The notes under the pieces are model-generated. The model was given only the letters and a program-made list of their open reading frames with translations. It searched no databases and was not told the DNA's origin. The translations under genes were made by a program, and so were the position numbers. From the IMG/VR virus record IMGVR_UViG_3300028895_000122: a DNA stretch of 64,000 nucleotides; one strand, written 5' to 3'. Shown here one piece after another: positions 53,254 to 62,003 of this stretch (the stretch's first letter is position 1; each line of letters starts with the position of its first letter). This stretch comes from a virus.

Positions 53254-54119
53254 TAGAACGCTCCGTAATTTACCTGGAACACCGTAAATCCCAAATGTCG
53301 CCACATATGAACCACTTGGTCACGATCGTCAAATACTCCAATCACATTATAACGACCTTTGATGTGATTGTTATAAATTTCTTCTTTAATAAGAGTATCT
53401 TTACGATTGTCACCTGCAGGACGAATATAAAACTCATCAAACGGAACACCATGCTTTGTTAGCCAATCTGCAGTCTCATCTTTACATGATCCATCACGTC
53501 CTGACACTACAACCAATTTGGTTGATGGTCCTGCTACTTTTGATACCGCGTAGATAACATCTGGGTTAGGAAGATCTGTTCCGACTTTGTCCCATTCGAA
53601 TGGTCCACGTCCGTTCATTTGTGCAACAGTACCATCAACATCAACAATAATACAATCTTCCAAATTGCTATCATACTCTGGTGTTGGCCACCAATGTTCA
53701 CGATGACGATCAAACATACCCATAATAACTTTAGCACCTACAGGATGTTCGCGTTTAGCATCGCGGTCCAGACATACACCAAGATGTACATCAGTAAACA
53801 GTTCTTCACGATAACCAATACCACGATCGTCAGCAATGCCTTTCCAGTTTTTGTTGCGATCTGGATTCAGGTTAGTGTCAGATACGATAACAGATTTACC
53901 GTGCGACAGAGCTTCTTGAGCCATAGCCATTGCTGTAACAGTTACAGTAGACTCGCGCCATTTGCTGAACTTGTTATAACGATCACGGCCCTGCATTGCT
54001 AGACGAATGTCATCACGATTTACATTAATATAATCTGGGTTTTGTTTAATGAACTCGTTAGTCCAAGTAGTTTTACCTGAAGCTGGCAGTCCAACTGTTA
54101 GTACGATTTCTTGTGTCAT
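53253..54119 (-). CDS. pseT: polynucleotide 5'-kinase/3'-phosphatase (T4 PseT orthologue)
   Basis: Collinear with T4 Pnk: VLTVGLPASGKTTWTNEFIKQNPDYINVNRDD, VIVSDTNLNPDRN, IIVDVDGTVAQMNGRGPF (HAD DxDGT), RKDTLIKEEIY, DDRDQVVHMWRHLGF. Confidence 0.85.
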   Translation of the reverse strand: MTQEIVLTVGLPASGKTTWTNEFIKQNPDYINVNRDDIRLAMQGRDRYNKFSKWRESTVTVTAMAMAQEALSHGKSVIVSDTNLNPDRNKNWKGIADDRGIGYREELFTDVHLGVCLDRDAKREHPVGAKVIMGMFDRHREHWWPTPEYDSNLEDCIIVDVDGTVAQMNGRGPFEWDKVGTDLPNPDVIYAVSKVAGPSTKLVVVSGRDGSCKDETADWLTKHGVPFDEFYIRPAGDNRKDTLIKEEIYNNHIKGRYNVIGVFDDRDQVVHMWRHLGFTVFQVNYGAF

Positions 54120-54151
54120 GTTTAACCTTCTTTATTCCTAACTATGTGCAT

Positions 54152-54180
54152 ATTATAGGTGATCTGAGCTAAATGGTCAA
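54152..54180 (-). promoter_or_regulatory. sigma70-type early promoter P6 (TTGACC-N17-TATAAT) within conserved cassette
   Basis: Minus strand reads AAAAAAAGGTTGACC atttagctcagatcacc TATAAT ATGCACATAGTTAGGAA. Confidence 0.6.
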
Positions 54181-54196
54181 CCTTTTTTTCGGCAGG

Positions 54197-54808
54197 TTAA
54201 GTCCTTGATTTCGAAGGATCTTTGACCCATCCGTTGTGTGTAGGAAGCATTAATTCCTCCCATTCTACTAAAATGGAGCCATTCCTAGCGATATTTGCCT
54301 CTACACAGACGTTAATATAGTCTGGGTCGTCCATTTCATATTCGGAATCCGTATCAGGATCTAATACCAATTTCTGTACAGTATTGTGATGAACGTGTCC
54401 GTGTATGTTATATCTTCCACGTAATTCAGCAGGATGAATAGGACTGTGGGTTAACCAGTGTCCTCTATAACGATCCATGCCGCGTACCACCTGGAAGTAT
54501 TTCATATATGCTTCAATAGGCATATCATCATGGTTGCCGAGAATAACTTTCTTATTGCCGTTGAGTTTTCCTACCTTTGCTAGATTATCCCAGCCTGACC
54601 CGGGCTCATCTTTAGTGCCAGGTCTTCCCATTGCAACATCACCTAAAACCCAAACCATGTCACGCTTCTTAACAATCGAATTCCAAGAGTCGTGTATCCA
54701 CTCGTCATGTTCTTTAGAGTTACTACCTTGGCGGCCATGTTCGCCGCTGAACTTAATAATGTTCTTGTGTCCTAAATGGAGATCACTTGTGAAATATACT
54801 TTACTCAA
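54197..54808 (-). CDS. calcineurin-like metallophosphoesterase
   Basis: SDLHLGH, WVLGDVAMG, ILGNHD and GHVHH motifs. Confidence 0.65.
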   Translation of the reverse strand: MSKVYFTSDLHLGHKNIIKFSGEHGRQGSNSKEHDEWIHDSWNSIVKKRDMVWVLGDVAMGRPGTKDEPGSGWDNLAKVGKLNGNKKVILGNHDDMPIEAYMKYFQVVRGMDRYRGHWLTHSPIHPAELRGRYNIHGHVHHNTVQKLVLDPDTDSEYEMDDPDYINVCVEANIARNGSILVEWEELMLPTHNGWVKDPSKSRT

Positions 54809-55041
54809 AATACCATCCTATATGCCACTGCATCTTTTTCATGCGCGAAATGCCAAACCATTAAATGATCAAAATGCCATGGCCCTGTTGAATTTTCTAT
54901 TAACCAATCTTTGCGTTCTATAATTGCGTCATAACTCTTAAATGGGCCATCAACTATATTGTATGGATACTTCCTATTGAATTCGCGTTTTTCTTTCCTG
55001 CGTTGTTTGCTATTCATAAAATCCTTTCCGAGATCAATCAT
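54805..55041 (-). CDS. hypothetical small protein
   Basis: Packed ORF. Confidence 0.35.
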   Translation of the reverse strand: MIDLGKDFMNSKQRRKEKREFNRKYPYNIVDGPFKSYDAIIERKDWLIENSTGPWHFDHLMVWHFAHEKDAVAYRMVF

Positions 55042-55243
55042 CTACCCACCTTAAGGGTTTCCAATAATACGGAAACCCCTCGTGAAGTTCCACAACGGCA
55101 TCAACTTCGGTATATTCTTCCTCCCATGATGCACGTTGTAACCATTTACGTTTGCCGTCGAGGGTCATTGGCAGAAATAGAAACTTATTACGTTGTATCC
55201 GCTTATCCCCGATCATTGGTTTTCTAAAAATAATCATACCCAT
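55034..55243 (-). CDS. hypothetical small protein
   Basis: Packed ORF. Confidence 0.35.
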   Translation of the reverse strand: MGMIIFRKPMIGDKRIQRNKFLFLPMTLDGKRKWLQRASWEEEYTEVDAVVELHEGFPYYWKPLRWVDD

Positions 55244-56295
55244 TCCAAACGTTTGATCTGTTTCAACAAAAATGCTTTCCAGTCTGGTTCTTCATTCTTG
55301 CTGTAATACATCATAGCAAGTGAGAACTCATAACCTTCTAATTCATTCTGACCTTTAATAGCAAACTCTTTACGGTCTAAATGCTTGTTAGCATTATAAT
55401 ACTCTGTAACAGAATTTACAATTAAGTTGGCTTTATGAATTACCTTATGCTGTAACTCTTGCATTTCTTTCAACACTTCAGGCTGATCAGCAATTAACGC
55501 AAAAACATCATCAGCTTCATCTTTCAACACTAATTCAATAAATGCATTAGGCTGGTTAACAAAGTCTTTAGCACGGTGACGTTCCAAATACCATGCACAC
55601 TTTTCTTTCCACCAGTTACCTTGACGATCAATTACAACATAACCTTCGACGTTAGTTAAAGTATCAAGTTCATCCAATTTTATAAGGCTTTCAAAACCAG
55701 TAAAGTATTCTTTTGGAATTGAACCTGGGTACATATACATACCAGTATCACGCTGACGAGCATTTAGCACAATCAAACGTGGTTCTGGATAGTGAAGCAC
55801 AATACGGAACTTTGGATCTGGATGAACCAATTCCATGTTTACAGTATAACCATCACGTTCGCACCACTTAACAAAATCAAACAAATCGTTGTCATTGTAC
55901 AAGATATCCATTGCCATGTTTGCATAATCAGAATGAATAGAAGTTTTAGACTTTAAACGCAAATCACCTTCGGAATCAACATAAGAGCTGATTAAAGAAC
56001 CATCTGCTTTGTTCATTACATACTGTGGATCTTCATATTCGATAAAGTCTACTTCACCTTTGTTAAAAAACTTATGCATCGGACGAGAAGCAATACGCAA
56101 TGGATTACCTTCGCAGTCAATCTGAAACATGATACCACGTGACTCTAATGCATCTGGCAGTAACCATGAGTCTTTATCAGTGAAGTGATAAGAGAATATG
56201 CGATAGCAGTCCTTACCAATTTCCTGATCAGAGTGGTAAAATGGAGTGTCGTCGTTTAACGACAAGTTCATTAAGTTGTTATATAATTCTTTCAT
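55234..56295 (-). CDS. rnlA: RNA ligase 1 (T4 RnlA orthologue)
   Basis: N-terminus MKELYNNLMNLS...YRIFSYHF...SWLLPDALESRGIMF...LRIASRPMHKFFN is near-collinear with T4 Rnl1 MQELFNNLMEL...YRIFSYNY...DWLLPDALECRGIMF...VRIASRPMEKFFN. VMNKADGSL is the KxDG nucleotidyl-lysine motif. Confidence 0.85.
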   Translation of the reverse strand: MKELYNNLMNLSLNDDTPFYHSDQEIGKDCYRIFSYHFTDKDSWLLPDALESRGIMFQIDCEGNPLRIASRPMHKFFNKGEVDFIEYEDPQYVMNKADGSLISSYVDSEGDLRLKSKTSIHSDYANMAMDILYNDNDLFDFVKWCERDGYTVNMELVHPDPKFRIVLHYPEPRLIVLNARQRDTGMYMYPGSIPKEYFTGFESLIKLDELDTLTNVEGYVVIDRQGNWWKEKCAWYLERHRAKDFVNQPNAFIELVLKDEADDVFALIADQPEVLKEMQELQHKVIHKANLIVNSVTEYYNANKHLDRKEFAIKGQNELEGYEFSLAMMYYSKNEEPDWKAFLLKQIKRLEWV

Positions 56296-56464
56296 TGTCT
56301 TCTAAATCCTTTAATAAGATAAACTTCATTACATCACCCTTCACAACATAGTGAGGATGGTACCTTTCCATTTGTTCAGTTAATGTTCCAGCTTGCTCAT
56401 GTTCACCTAATAATTTAAAGGCTTCCTGTTTTGACATTGTAAATATGTTTTCTAAGTTCTTCAT
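56279..56464 (-). CDS. hypothetical small protein
   Basis: Packed ORF. Confidence 0.3.
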   Translation of the reverse strand: MKNLENIFTMSKQEAFKLLGEHEQAGTLTEQMERYHPHYVVKGDVMKFILLKDLEDNERII

Positions 56465-56698
56465 TTATCTTACCATATTTTGTAGAGCACGTTTAACTCT
56501 TGGTAATGCTCTATTATAAATTCTTTTATAGTCGTTCCAATACAAATCTGCATCCCAGGCACTTCTTGGTAACGTGTCGAGGTATCTAGGTTTTGCATAA
56601 CGTTCAGCTATACCTTCAGAAACAACCTTCGCACCTTTGTTGACAGTTTTATAAACCTGGCCGTCAACTATTATAACCTTCTGTATTCGAACTTCCAT
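56465..56698 (-). CDS. hypothetical small protein
   Basis: Packed ORF. Confidence 0.35.
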   Translation of the reverse strand: MEVRIQKVIIVDGQVYKTVNKGAKVVSEGIAERYAKPRYLDTLPRSAWDADLYWNDYKRIYNRALPRVKRALQNMVR

Positions 56699-56965
56699 TT
56701 ATTCCACCAATCTAAGCATTGCTTGATATTGTTCCCACAAGTCTTGCAGCCCTGGGTGTTTTTCGCGCAATGATTCTTCCTTTGCTTTATGTAAGCGAAT
56801 AGCTCGCAGTTCCTTTTTGAGTGCTGCAAACTCGTCATCTAACTCTTCAGTAACTAGCCAGTCATGATCATACGTTTCGGTATCATACGTCCAAGACGTT
56901 ACTTCGTCTTCTTTTTCGTTTCTTAACTTATGAAGTTTTATTTTCATGTATTTCTCAGGTAACAT
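56699..56965 (-). CDS. hypothetical small protein, paralog family A
   Basis: C-terminus KHPGLQDLWEQYQAMLRLVE. Confidence 0.4.
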   Translation of the reverse strand: MLPEKYMKIKLHKLRNEKEDEVTSWTYDTETYDHDWLVTEELDDEFAALKKELRAIRLHKAKEESLREKHPGLQDLWEQYQAMLRLVE

Positions 56966-57143
56966 TTTAATACATCAAAGCCATTCAAATTCTTTGGTCT
57001 TGGGATTGTACTGAGCCTTGCCTTTTTTAATAGCATCCTTCTCTATCTTTTGTCTTCCGACACCTAGGCCAATTACAAAAAACGTGAATGCTGTAAATAA
57101 AAATATAAAAAGCAATATTCCTGCCATTTCGCCACTATTCATT

Positions 57144-57356
57144 TTAAAACTCCACCTTGTTTATAGTTGCATCACGACAGGCTTGACAAGCAACCCATCC
57201 AACTACGCCACCATATTCCAATTCAGGATTAAGGCCATTATTAAACAATAAGCATTCACCGGTGCGAATCAAAGGTGAAGTATCTGTTTTCTTAAACATA
57301 CAAGTTTCACCGCAAGTACCATCTTTCTCAATTTGTATCTCTACAGGAAATATCAT
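57144..57356 (-). CDS. hypothetical small Cys-rich protein
   Basis: CGETC...C...C..C pattern. Confidence 0.35.
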   Translation of the reverse strand: MIFPVEIQIEKDGTCGETCMFKKTDTSPLIRTGECLLFNNGLNPELEYGGVVGWVACQACRDATINKVEF

Positions 57357-57604
57357 TTGAAATCCTTTAATATGTCTAACATTTCTTCAGCAACATATTC
57401 TTTACCGTCGTTATAATCTGATTCGGTACGTGACATAGCCATATAATCTTCAGCGGAACATATATTTAAACGGGCTTCTTCATTAACTGCTTTAACTAAT
57501 TTGTTAAAACGTTCTTCCCAATAGTCCCAAGCGGCTTCAGCAGCATCCATTGAACCTTCACCACCAAATATTTCCTGTTCGCCCCACCACTGCTTAAAGT
57601 CCAT
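57353..57604 (-). CDS. hypothetical small acidic protein
   Basis: Packed ORF. Confidence 0.35.
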   Translation of the reverse strand: MDFKQWWGEQEIFGGEGSMDAAEAAWDYWEERFNKLVKAVNEEARLNICSAEDYMAMSRTESDYNDGKEYVAEEMLDILKDFK

Positions 57605-57906
57605 TATGCTGTCCTATGAATTAGTTGATTTTTCAAACCATTTACGATACTGTCAATATCACTTTTAGGTCCACAAGTTGTTGTAGCCGCTATTCCGGAA
57701 TCTAAATCCCGTACTTGAATTGTCGTTAATATTGAACTTACTTCGTTTACAGTAACTTTGAATTCTGGTACTGAATCGTCTGCTTCGAATGCCTCGGCTA
57801 TTTTTTTGGCTCGTTTTATAGCTCTATTCATCTTGGTTCTGTTGAGTCTAGCCATGCAATACTCCTTATATTTTAAAAAGTCTTGAGCCTTTAGATTTGT
57901 AACCAA
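57604..57906 (-). CDS. hypothetical protein
   Basis: Packed ORF. Confidence 0.35.
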   Translation of the reverse strand: MVTNLKAQDFLKYKEYCMARLNRTKMNRAIKRAKKIAEAFEADDSVPEFKVTVNEVSSILTTIQVRDLDSGIAATTTCGPKSDIDSIVNGLKNQLIHRTA

Positions 57907-58192
57907 AGCCGTCCTTTGTTTGTACTACTTTAAATCCACGAAGCGAACCAAATTCAACTTCCTCGTTGAGATCAACTTTAAAGTCATTGTGAACGCGAAG
58001 TGCGATCATGCTGTACTTGTTAGAGTTCAGCAACCTGTTTAAGGTTGTGGTTTCGAGTTCGATGTCCTTTACGTTAATCTTTTCAGCACACTTAATCAAG
58101 TTGCCTAAACCAGAGGTACTAACATTCTCACGAGCAAACACTGAAAAACGTGAACCATTGGCATTAGTACGAGCATTAACTTCAAAACCCAT
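57866..58192 (-). CDS. hypothetical protein
   Basis: Packed ORF. Confidence 0.35.
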   Translation of the reverse strand: MGFEVNARTNANGSRFSVFARENVSTSGLGNLIKCAEKINVKDIELETTTLNRLLNSNKYSMIALRVHNDFKVDLNEEVEFGSLRGFKVVQTKDGFGYKSKGSRLFKI

Positions 58193-58506
58193 TATTTGTC
58201 TCCTACGATTGTAACAAAGTAATCTTCACGAGTTGCACTATAACCCCAGCTATCTGCTTTAGGATTGAAAACGCCAGTTTGGCGATTAAACTCTGTGCGG
58301 AGTTTAATCAAACCTTTCTTGGCCCACGACTCAAGCATTTTAATATCTTTTAGAGGTTTGCGATTGATATCCCAGAAACCGTTTTTGTCCCAACTGTTTT
58401 TACAATACCCACCAATATGAATTTCTTCACGGTTTTTATTGTAACCTTCTTGTGACAGTGCAACAAGCTCATTCCACACTTTCTGTTGTCTGGCTGATAA
58501 TTTCAC
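58192..58506 (-). CDS. hypothetical protein (GTG start)
   Basis: First gene after promoter P7. AGGAGAG SD 6 nt before the GTG. Confidence 0.4.
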   Translation of the reverse strand: MKLSARQQKVWNELVALSQEGYNKNREEIHIGGYCKNSWDKNGFWDINRKPLKDIKMLESWAKKGLIKLRTEFNRQTGVFNPKADSWGYSATREDYFVTIVGDK

Positions 58507-58537
58507 TGAACTCTCCTAATTTCCTAACTATGTGCAT

Positions 58538-58566
58538 ATTATAAGGGATTTTGGTCAAAAGGTCAA
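58538..58566 (-). promoter_or_regulatory. sigma70-type early promoter P7 (TTGACC-N17-TATAAT) within conserved cassette
   Basis: Minus strand reads AAAAATAGGTTGACC ttttgaccaaaatccct TATAAT ATGCACATAGTTAGGAAA. Confidence 0.6.
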
Positions 58567-58597
58567 CCTATTTTTGAAGAAATTTATCCTAATAAAA

Positions 58598-58807
58598 TCA
58601 ATAACTTACGTCGAGTATTTTCACGTCACTGTCGTCGGAATCTGGGTACCATGCACAAACTACTTCTGCCCCGGACGTCCAGGTATTATCGTAGACTGAA
58701 ACAACAATTTCGTCGCTAGTTTCGCATAATGTTGAAAAATCCTTCATTTCATCAGAAATGTCTGTACAGCCAATTAGTAATAAAGGCAGGAATAATAGTT
58801 TCTTCAT
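58598..58807 (-). CDS. small lipoprotein candidate
   Basis: MKKLLFLPLLLIGC is a lipobox. Confidence 0.4.
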   Translation of the reverse strand: MKKLLFLPLLLIGCTDISDEMKDFSTLCETSDEIVVSVYDNTWTSGAEVVCAWYPDSDDSDVKILDVSY

Positions 58808-59091
58808 CTTCTTTTCCTTGGGTTACGTTTATTACTCATTATACTAGGATCTATATAATTTGCGGGTTTTTTAGCCACCCATTTTGCGAATTTGCTTATT
58901 TCTTCATGTTCTAATAGTTTCTCAATTGTGTTGTACTGCTTAGCCAATTCCTTTTCAGTGAACGTTGCATGGATTTTATCGTGACATACACGATGTAGAG
59001 TCACAGTTTCTTTACCCTTTTTAGATTTAGGGATTAAGTGATGTTCGTCCATTGTATCATCATAAGGTCTTTTGCAAATTGGGCAATTCAT
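58804..59091 (-). CDS. HNH endonuclease
   Basis: MNCPICKRPY...EHHLIPKSKKGKETVTLHRVCHDKIH follows CxxC...HH...N...CxxCH. Start trimmed to the internal ATG at 59091. Confidence 0.55.
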   Translation of the reverse strand: MNCPICKRPYDDTMDEHHLIPKSKKGKETVTLHRVCHDKIHATFTEKELAKQYNTIEKLLEHEEISKFAKWVAKKPANYIDPSIMSNKRNPRKRR

Positions 59092-59126
59092 AAGTATAAG
59101 TATTACATAACTAGAATAAAAAGTCA

Positions 59127-59333
59127 ATGTCGAAATACGAATATATTTGTAAAGATTGTGAGGTAGTATATATTATCGAAAAAACTGCCGACAGGAAAAG
59201 TGATAGTTCAGTTTGTCCACATTGTCATGGAGTTTTAGAATACACCGGCGCCATTATTTCTGAAGATAAAAAAGAAAAACCTAAAAACGTTGTTTCATTG
59301 GCTGAAATGAGATTGCGTAAGAAAGGAATCTAA
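59127..59333 (+). CDS. FmdB-type zinc-ribbon protein
   Basis: MSKYEYICKDCEVVY...SVCPHCHG. First plus-strand gene at the strand switch. Confidence 0.45.
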   Translation: MSKYEYICKDCEVVYIIEKTADRKSDSSVCPHCHGVLEYTGAIISEDKKEKPKNVVSLAEMRLRKKGI

Positions 59334-59347
59334 TATCAAAAAAATAG

Positions 59348-59355
59348 TATAAATA
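59348..59355 (+). promoter_or_regulatory. T4-type late promoter core TATAAATA
   Basis: agTATAAATAcactaacaatAAGGATtcaaaaATG sits 22 nt before the ATG at 59378. Confidence 0.4.
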
Positions 59356-59377
59356 CACTAACAATAAGGATTCAAAA

Positions 59378-60652
59378 ATGAAAGTTAGTGATATCTTACG
59401 AAAAATTGCAGATGCAGTTGATGCAGATGCAGAACAACAAGCAAAAAATCAAGACGCACAAGCCGCTCTTCATGCTCAAGACATTGAACAAGCAAAAGCT
59501 GATGCTGCTGAATTACAAGCAGGACAGGTTGCTCAAGTAGTTCAAGCTGCTAATAATATCAAACGTGCTGCTGAAAAAGACGCAGATGCAGTTGCTATGA
59601 GTGCTAGTCAACAAGCGCCAACACCAAATACCTATGAACCAACTCCTGCAGATGATCAACAAGAACCAAACACGCACGAGTTAACACCTGCGGATAATAC
59701 CGATGATACAGAAATTGAAGTAATGGTAACACCATTACAACAAAAGCATGAGTTATTAAAGAAAGCAACAGATACTGCCAATGATGTAGATAAGTTTGAC
59801 GATGATATGAGTGATCATAGAGATAATGAGCTTGACTTATTAAAGAAAATGGCTGGTATTAAAGATTCGCAACCTGCACCAGATGATTTATCGGACACGG
59901 CATTAATTCAATTATCGTCAGACGAATTTGATGTTAAACTAGATTCTTCAGAATATGTAGGTGAAGATTCTTATATATTCTACGACATCGAAACCGGCTG
60001 TTTAAGACGTACAGATGGCACACCTGGCGGTACTCCAATATGTATCGAAGGTATGTCAAAGATTTTGGAGTTCCCTACATTTGGTGACTTTCCACAACCT
60101 GGCGAAAGCAATACCATTTATATTGCTGCCGACACTAACTTAATATATCGCTGGGATGGATCACAATACGTTTCACTTGTTAGTTTAGGTGATGACGACA
60201 ATGTCCAAGAACTTCCAACAGTTGGAGACTTCCCTGCTACTGGCACCACTGATGTTATATACATCGCAGCCGATACAAATTTATTATATCGTTGGGATGG
60301 TAGTAATTATGTTTTAATTAGTAACGATCACGAAAGTGCAACAGTAGTAAATATTTTACCAACCGAAACTAAAACTGTTATTGTAACAGTACCAGGTGGT
60401 AATTTGAGTGCCAAATACATTGTATCAATTTTAGATCAAGCAGATGGCCGCTTTGCTTCTTCGGAAGTAATGGCATCATATAAAACATTAGATAATTCTG
60501 TAAGCCATAATCATTACAGTTTACTTGGTGATAAAATCAAGTATCGCCCTGATGTATTGTTTAATACATCTTATATTGAACTCACAATCACAAACAACGA
60601 CACAAACCCAATAACCGCTAGTGTAAGCCGTATTCCTTCTATATCTGTATAA
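59378..60652 (+). CDS. tail-fibre/adhesin-like protein with N-terminal coiled coil and two tandem ~40-aa repeats
   Basis: Repeats ...FPTFGDFPQPGESNTIYIAADTNLIYRWDGSQYVSL / ...LPTVGDFPATGTTDVIYIAADTNLLYRWDGSNYVLI. Confidence 0.45.
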   Translation: MKVSDILRKIADAVDADAEQQAKNQDAQAALHAQDIEQAKADAAELQAGQVAQVVQAANNIKRAAEKDADAVAMSASQQAPTPNTYEPTPADDQQEPNTHELTPADNTDDTEIEVMVTPLQQKHELLKKATDTANDVDKFDDDMSDHRDNELDLLKKMAGIKDSQPAPDDLSDTALIQLSSDEFDVKLDSSEYVGEDSYIFYDIETGCLRRTDGTPGGTPICIEGMSKILEFPTFGDFPQPGESNTIYIAADTNLIYRWDGSQYVSLVSLGDDDNVQELPTVGDFPATGTTDVIYIAADTNLLYRWDGSNYVLISNDHESATVVNILPTETKTVIVTVPGGNLSAKYIVSILDQADGRFASSEVMASYKTLDNSVSHNHYSLLGDKIKYRPDVLFNTSYIELTITNNDTNPITASVSRIPSISV

Positions 60653-60694
60653 ATACAACATAGTAATTACTTAAAATAGGAGTTTAACTTAACA

Positions 60695-61900
60695 ATGGCT
60701 ATTGATTTATTTAGAATTATGCATGGCTTGGACATCGAAAATGATGTATCGGGCAAAAATGCACATATCTTAGTAGGTGATGGAATTCCAGGCGGTGACG
60801 CAGGCCCACAAGATGCTGCACCGATTGGTTCATTCTTCCTAAGAACAAACACAGAAACTGACGGATTACAGGTTTACTGGAAACACACTAACGTAAACAA
60901 CTCATCTGCTGACTGGAAACAATCAGCTGATAAAGACTACGTTGATGCAGTTGCTTCGGGCTTATCATGGCGCGAACCAGTTGTCGTAATGGACGACACT
61001 TTATATGCTAACTCAGCAGCAATCCCAACAACAGGCACAATCGACGGTGTTGCATTATCAGCAGGTGATCGTGTTTTATTCACAAACATCACAGATGGCA
61101 CTGAAGAAAACATTTGGATTTGGGACGGTGCAGCATGGACAGAAGATACTAACGCAGAATCAGACGGTGATGCGGTATTAGTACAAGGCGGTACTCACGC
61201 TGAACAGCAATGGGTATATGATGGTACTGACTGGGTTCAATTTGGTTCAGCAGCTGGCTTTACTGAATTAGAACATTTACGCAACTACACTGGTAAAACA
61301 GGTCCTGGTGCTGAAAATCCTACTTACTCATCAGTTGATGTTGTAACACAAGGTTCTAGCCTAGAAACTGCAATCGGTGACTTAGATGACAGTGTTGGTA
61401 CTCGTACATATACAAACGATAATGTTGTAACAGACGGCGAAGACATTACATCATCTATTGACGCATTAGATACAGCAGTAGGTAACCAAACTTATACAGA
61501 AGATAATGTTGTAACTGATGGTCAAACATTATCAGAATCTGTTGATGCTTTAGATATTGCAATTGGTGATTTACAAGCGGCTGATTTAACAATCACAGGT
61601 ACTAACGTAACTGGTCCGGTTGTTGCTGACACAATTCCAGTTGCAGAAGCTACAGAATCAAAATGGATTATCCAAGTGCGCGAAAATGCTACTCCAGCTA
61701 ACCGTCGTGCTGTCGAAGTTCACGCGTTAACTGATGGCACTAACGTTGACCACACACGTTATGCTGTATTAAAACTTGGCGCAAACATTGCTGGTTTCTC
61801 AGTTGACGTTGATATTTCAGGTACAGATATGCGTTTATTAATCGATGCTACAAATGCATTTGATTATGTTGTTAAACGTATTGCTTACTCAGCATTCTAA
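60695..61900 (+). CDS. tail-fibre-like protein with ~19-aa tandem repeats
   Basis: Repeats TRTYTNDNVVTDGEDITSSIDALDTAVG / NQTYTEDNVVTDGQTLSESVDALDIAIG. Confidence 0.45.
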   Translation: MAIDLFRIMHGLDIENDVSGKNAHILVGDGIPGGDAGPQDAAPIGSFFLRTNTETDGLQVYWKHTNVNNSSADWKQSADKDYVDAVASGLSWREPVVVMDDTLYANSAAIPTTGTIDGVALSAGDRVLFTNITDGTEENIWIWDGAAWTEDTNAESDGDAVLVQGGTHAEQQWVYDGTDWVQFGSAAGFTELEHLRNYTGKTGPGAENPTYSSVDVVTQGSSLETAIGDLDDSVGTRTYTNDNVVTDGEDITSSIDALDTAVGNQTYTEDNVVTDGQTLSESVDALDIAIGDLQAADLTITGTNVTGPVVADTIPVAEATESKWIIQVRENATPANRRAVEVHALTDGTNVDHTRYAVLKLGANIAGFSVDVDISGTDMRLLIDATNAFDYVVKRIAYSAF

Positions 61901-61927
61901 TTCATTTTAGAATTTTAATAAAAATAG

Positions 61928-61954
61928 AACCTCGCTTACGCGGGGTTTTATTTT
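61928..61954 (+). terminator. rho-independent terminator
   Basis: AACCTCGC-TTAC-GCGGGGTT stem (8 bp including a G-U) followed by TTATTTTG. Confidence 0.55.
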
Positions 61955-61968
61955 GTCTGTAATTTCTG

Positions 61969-61976
61969 CATAAATA
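61969..61976 (+). promoter_or_regulatory. late-promoter-like motif CATAAATACA
   Basis: Sits 27 nt upstream of the ATG at 62004 and matches ATAAATACA of the 59348 element. Confidence 0.35.
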
Positions 61977-62003
61977 CATTAAATTAAAATTTATAGGTAA
62001 CAC

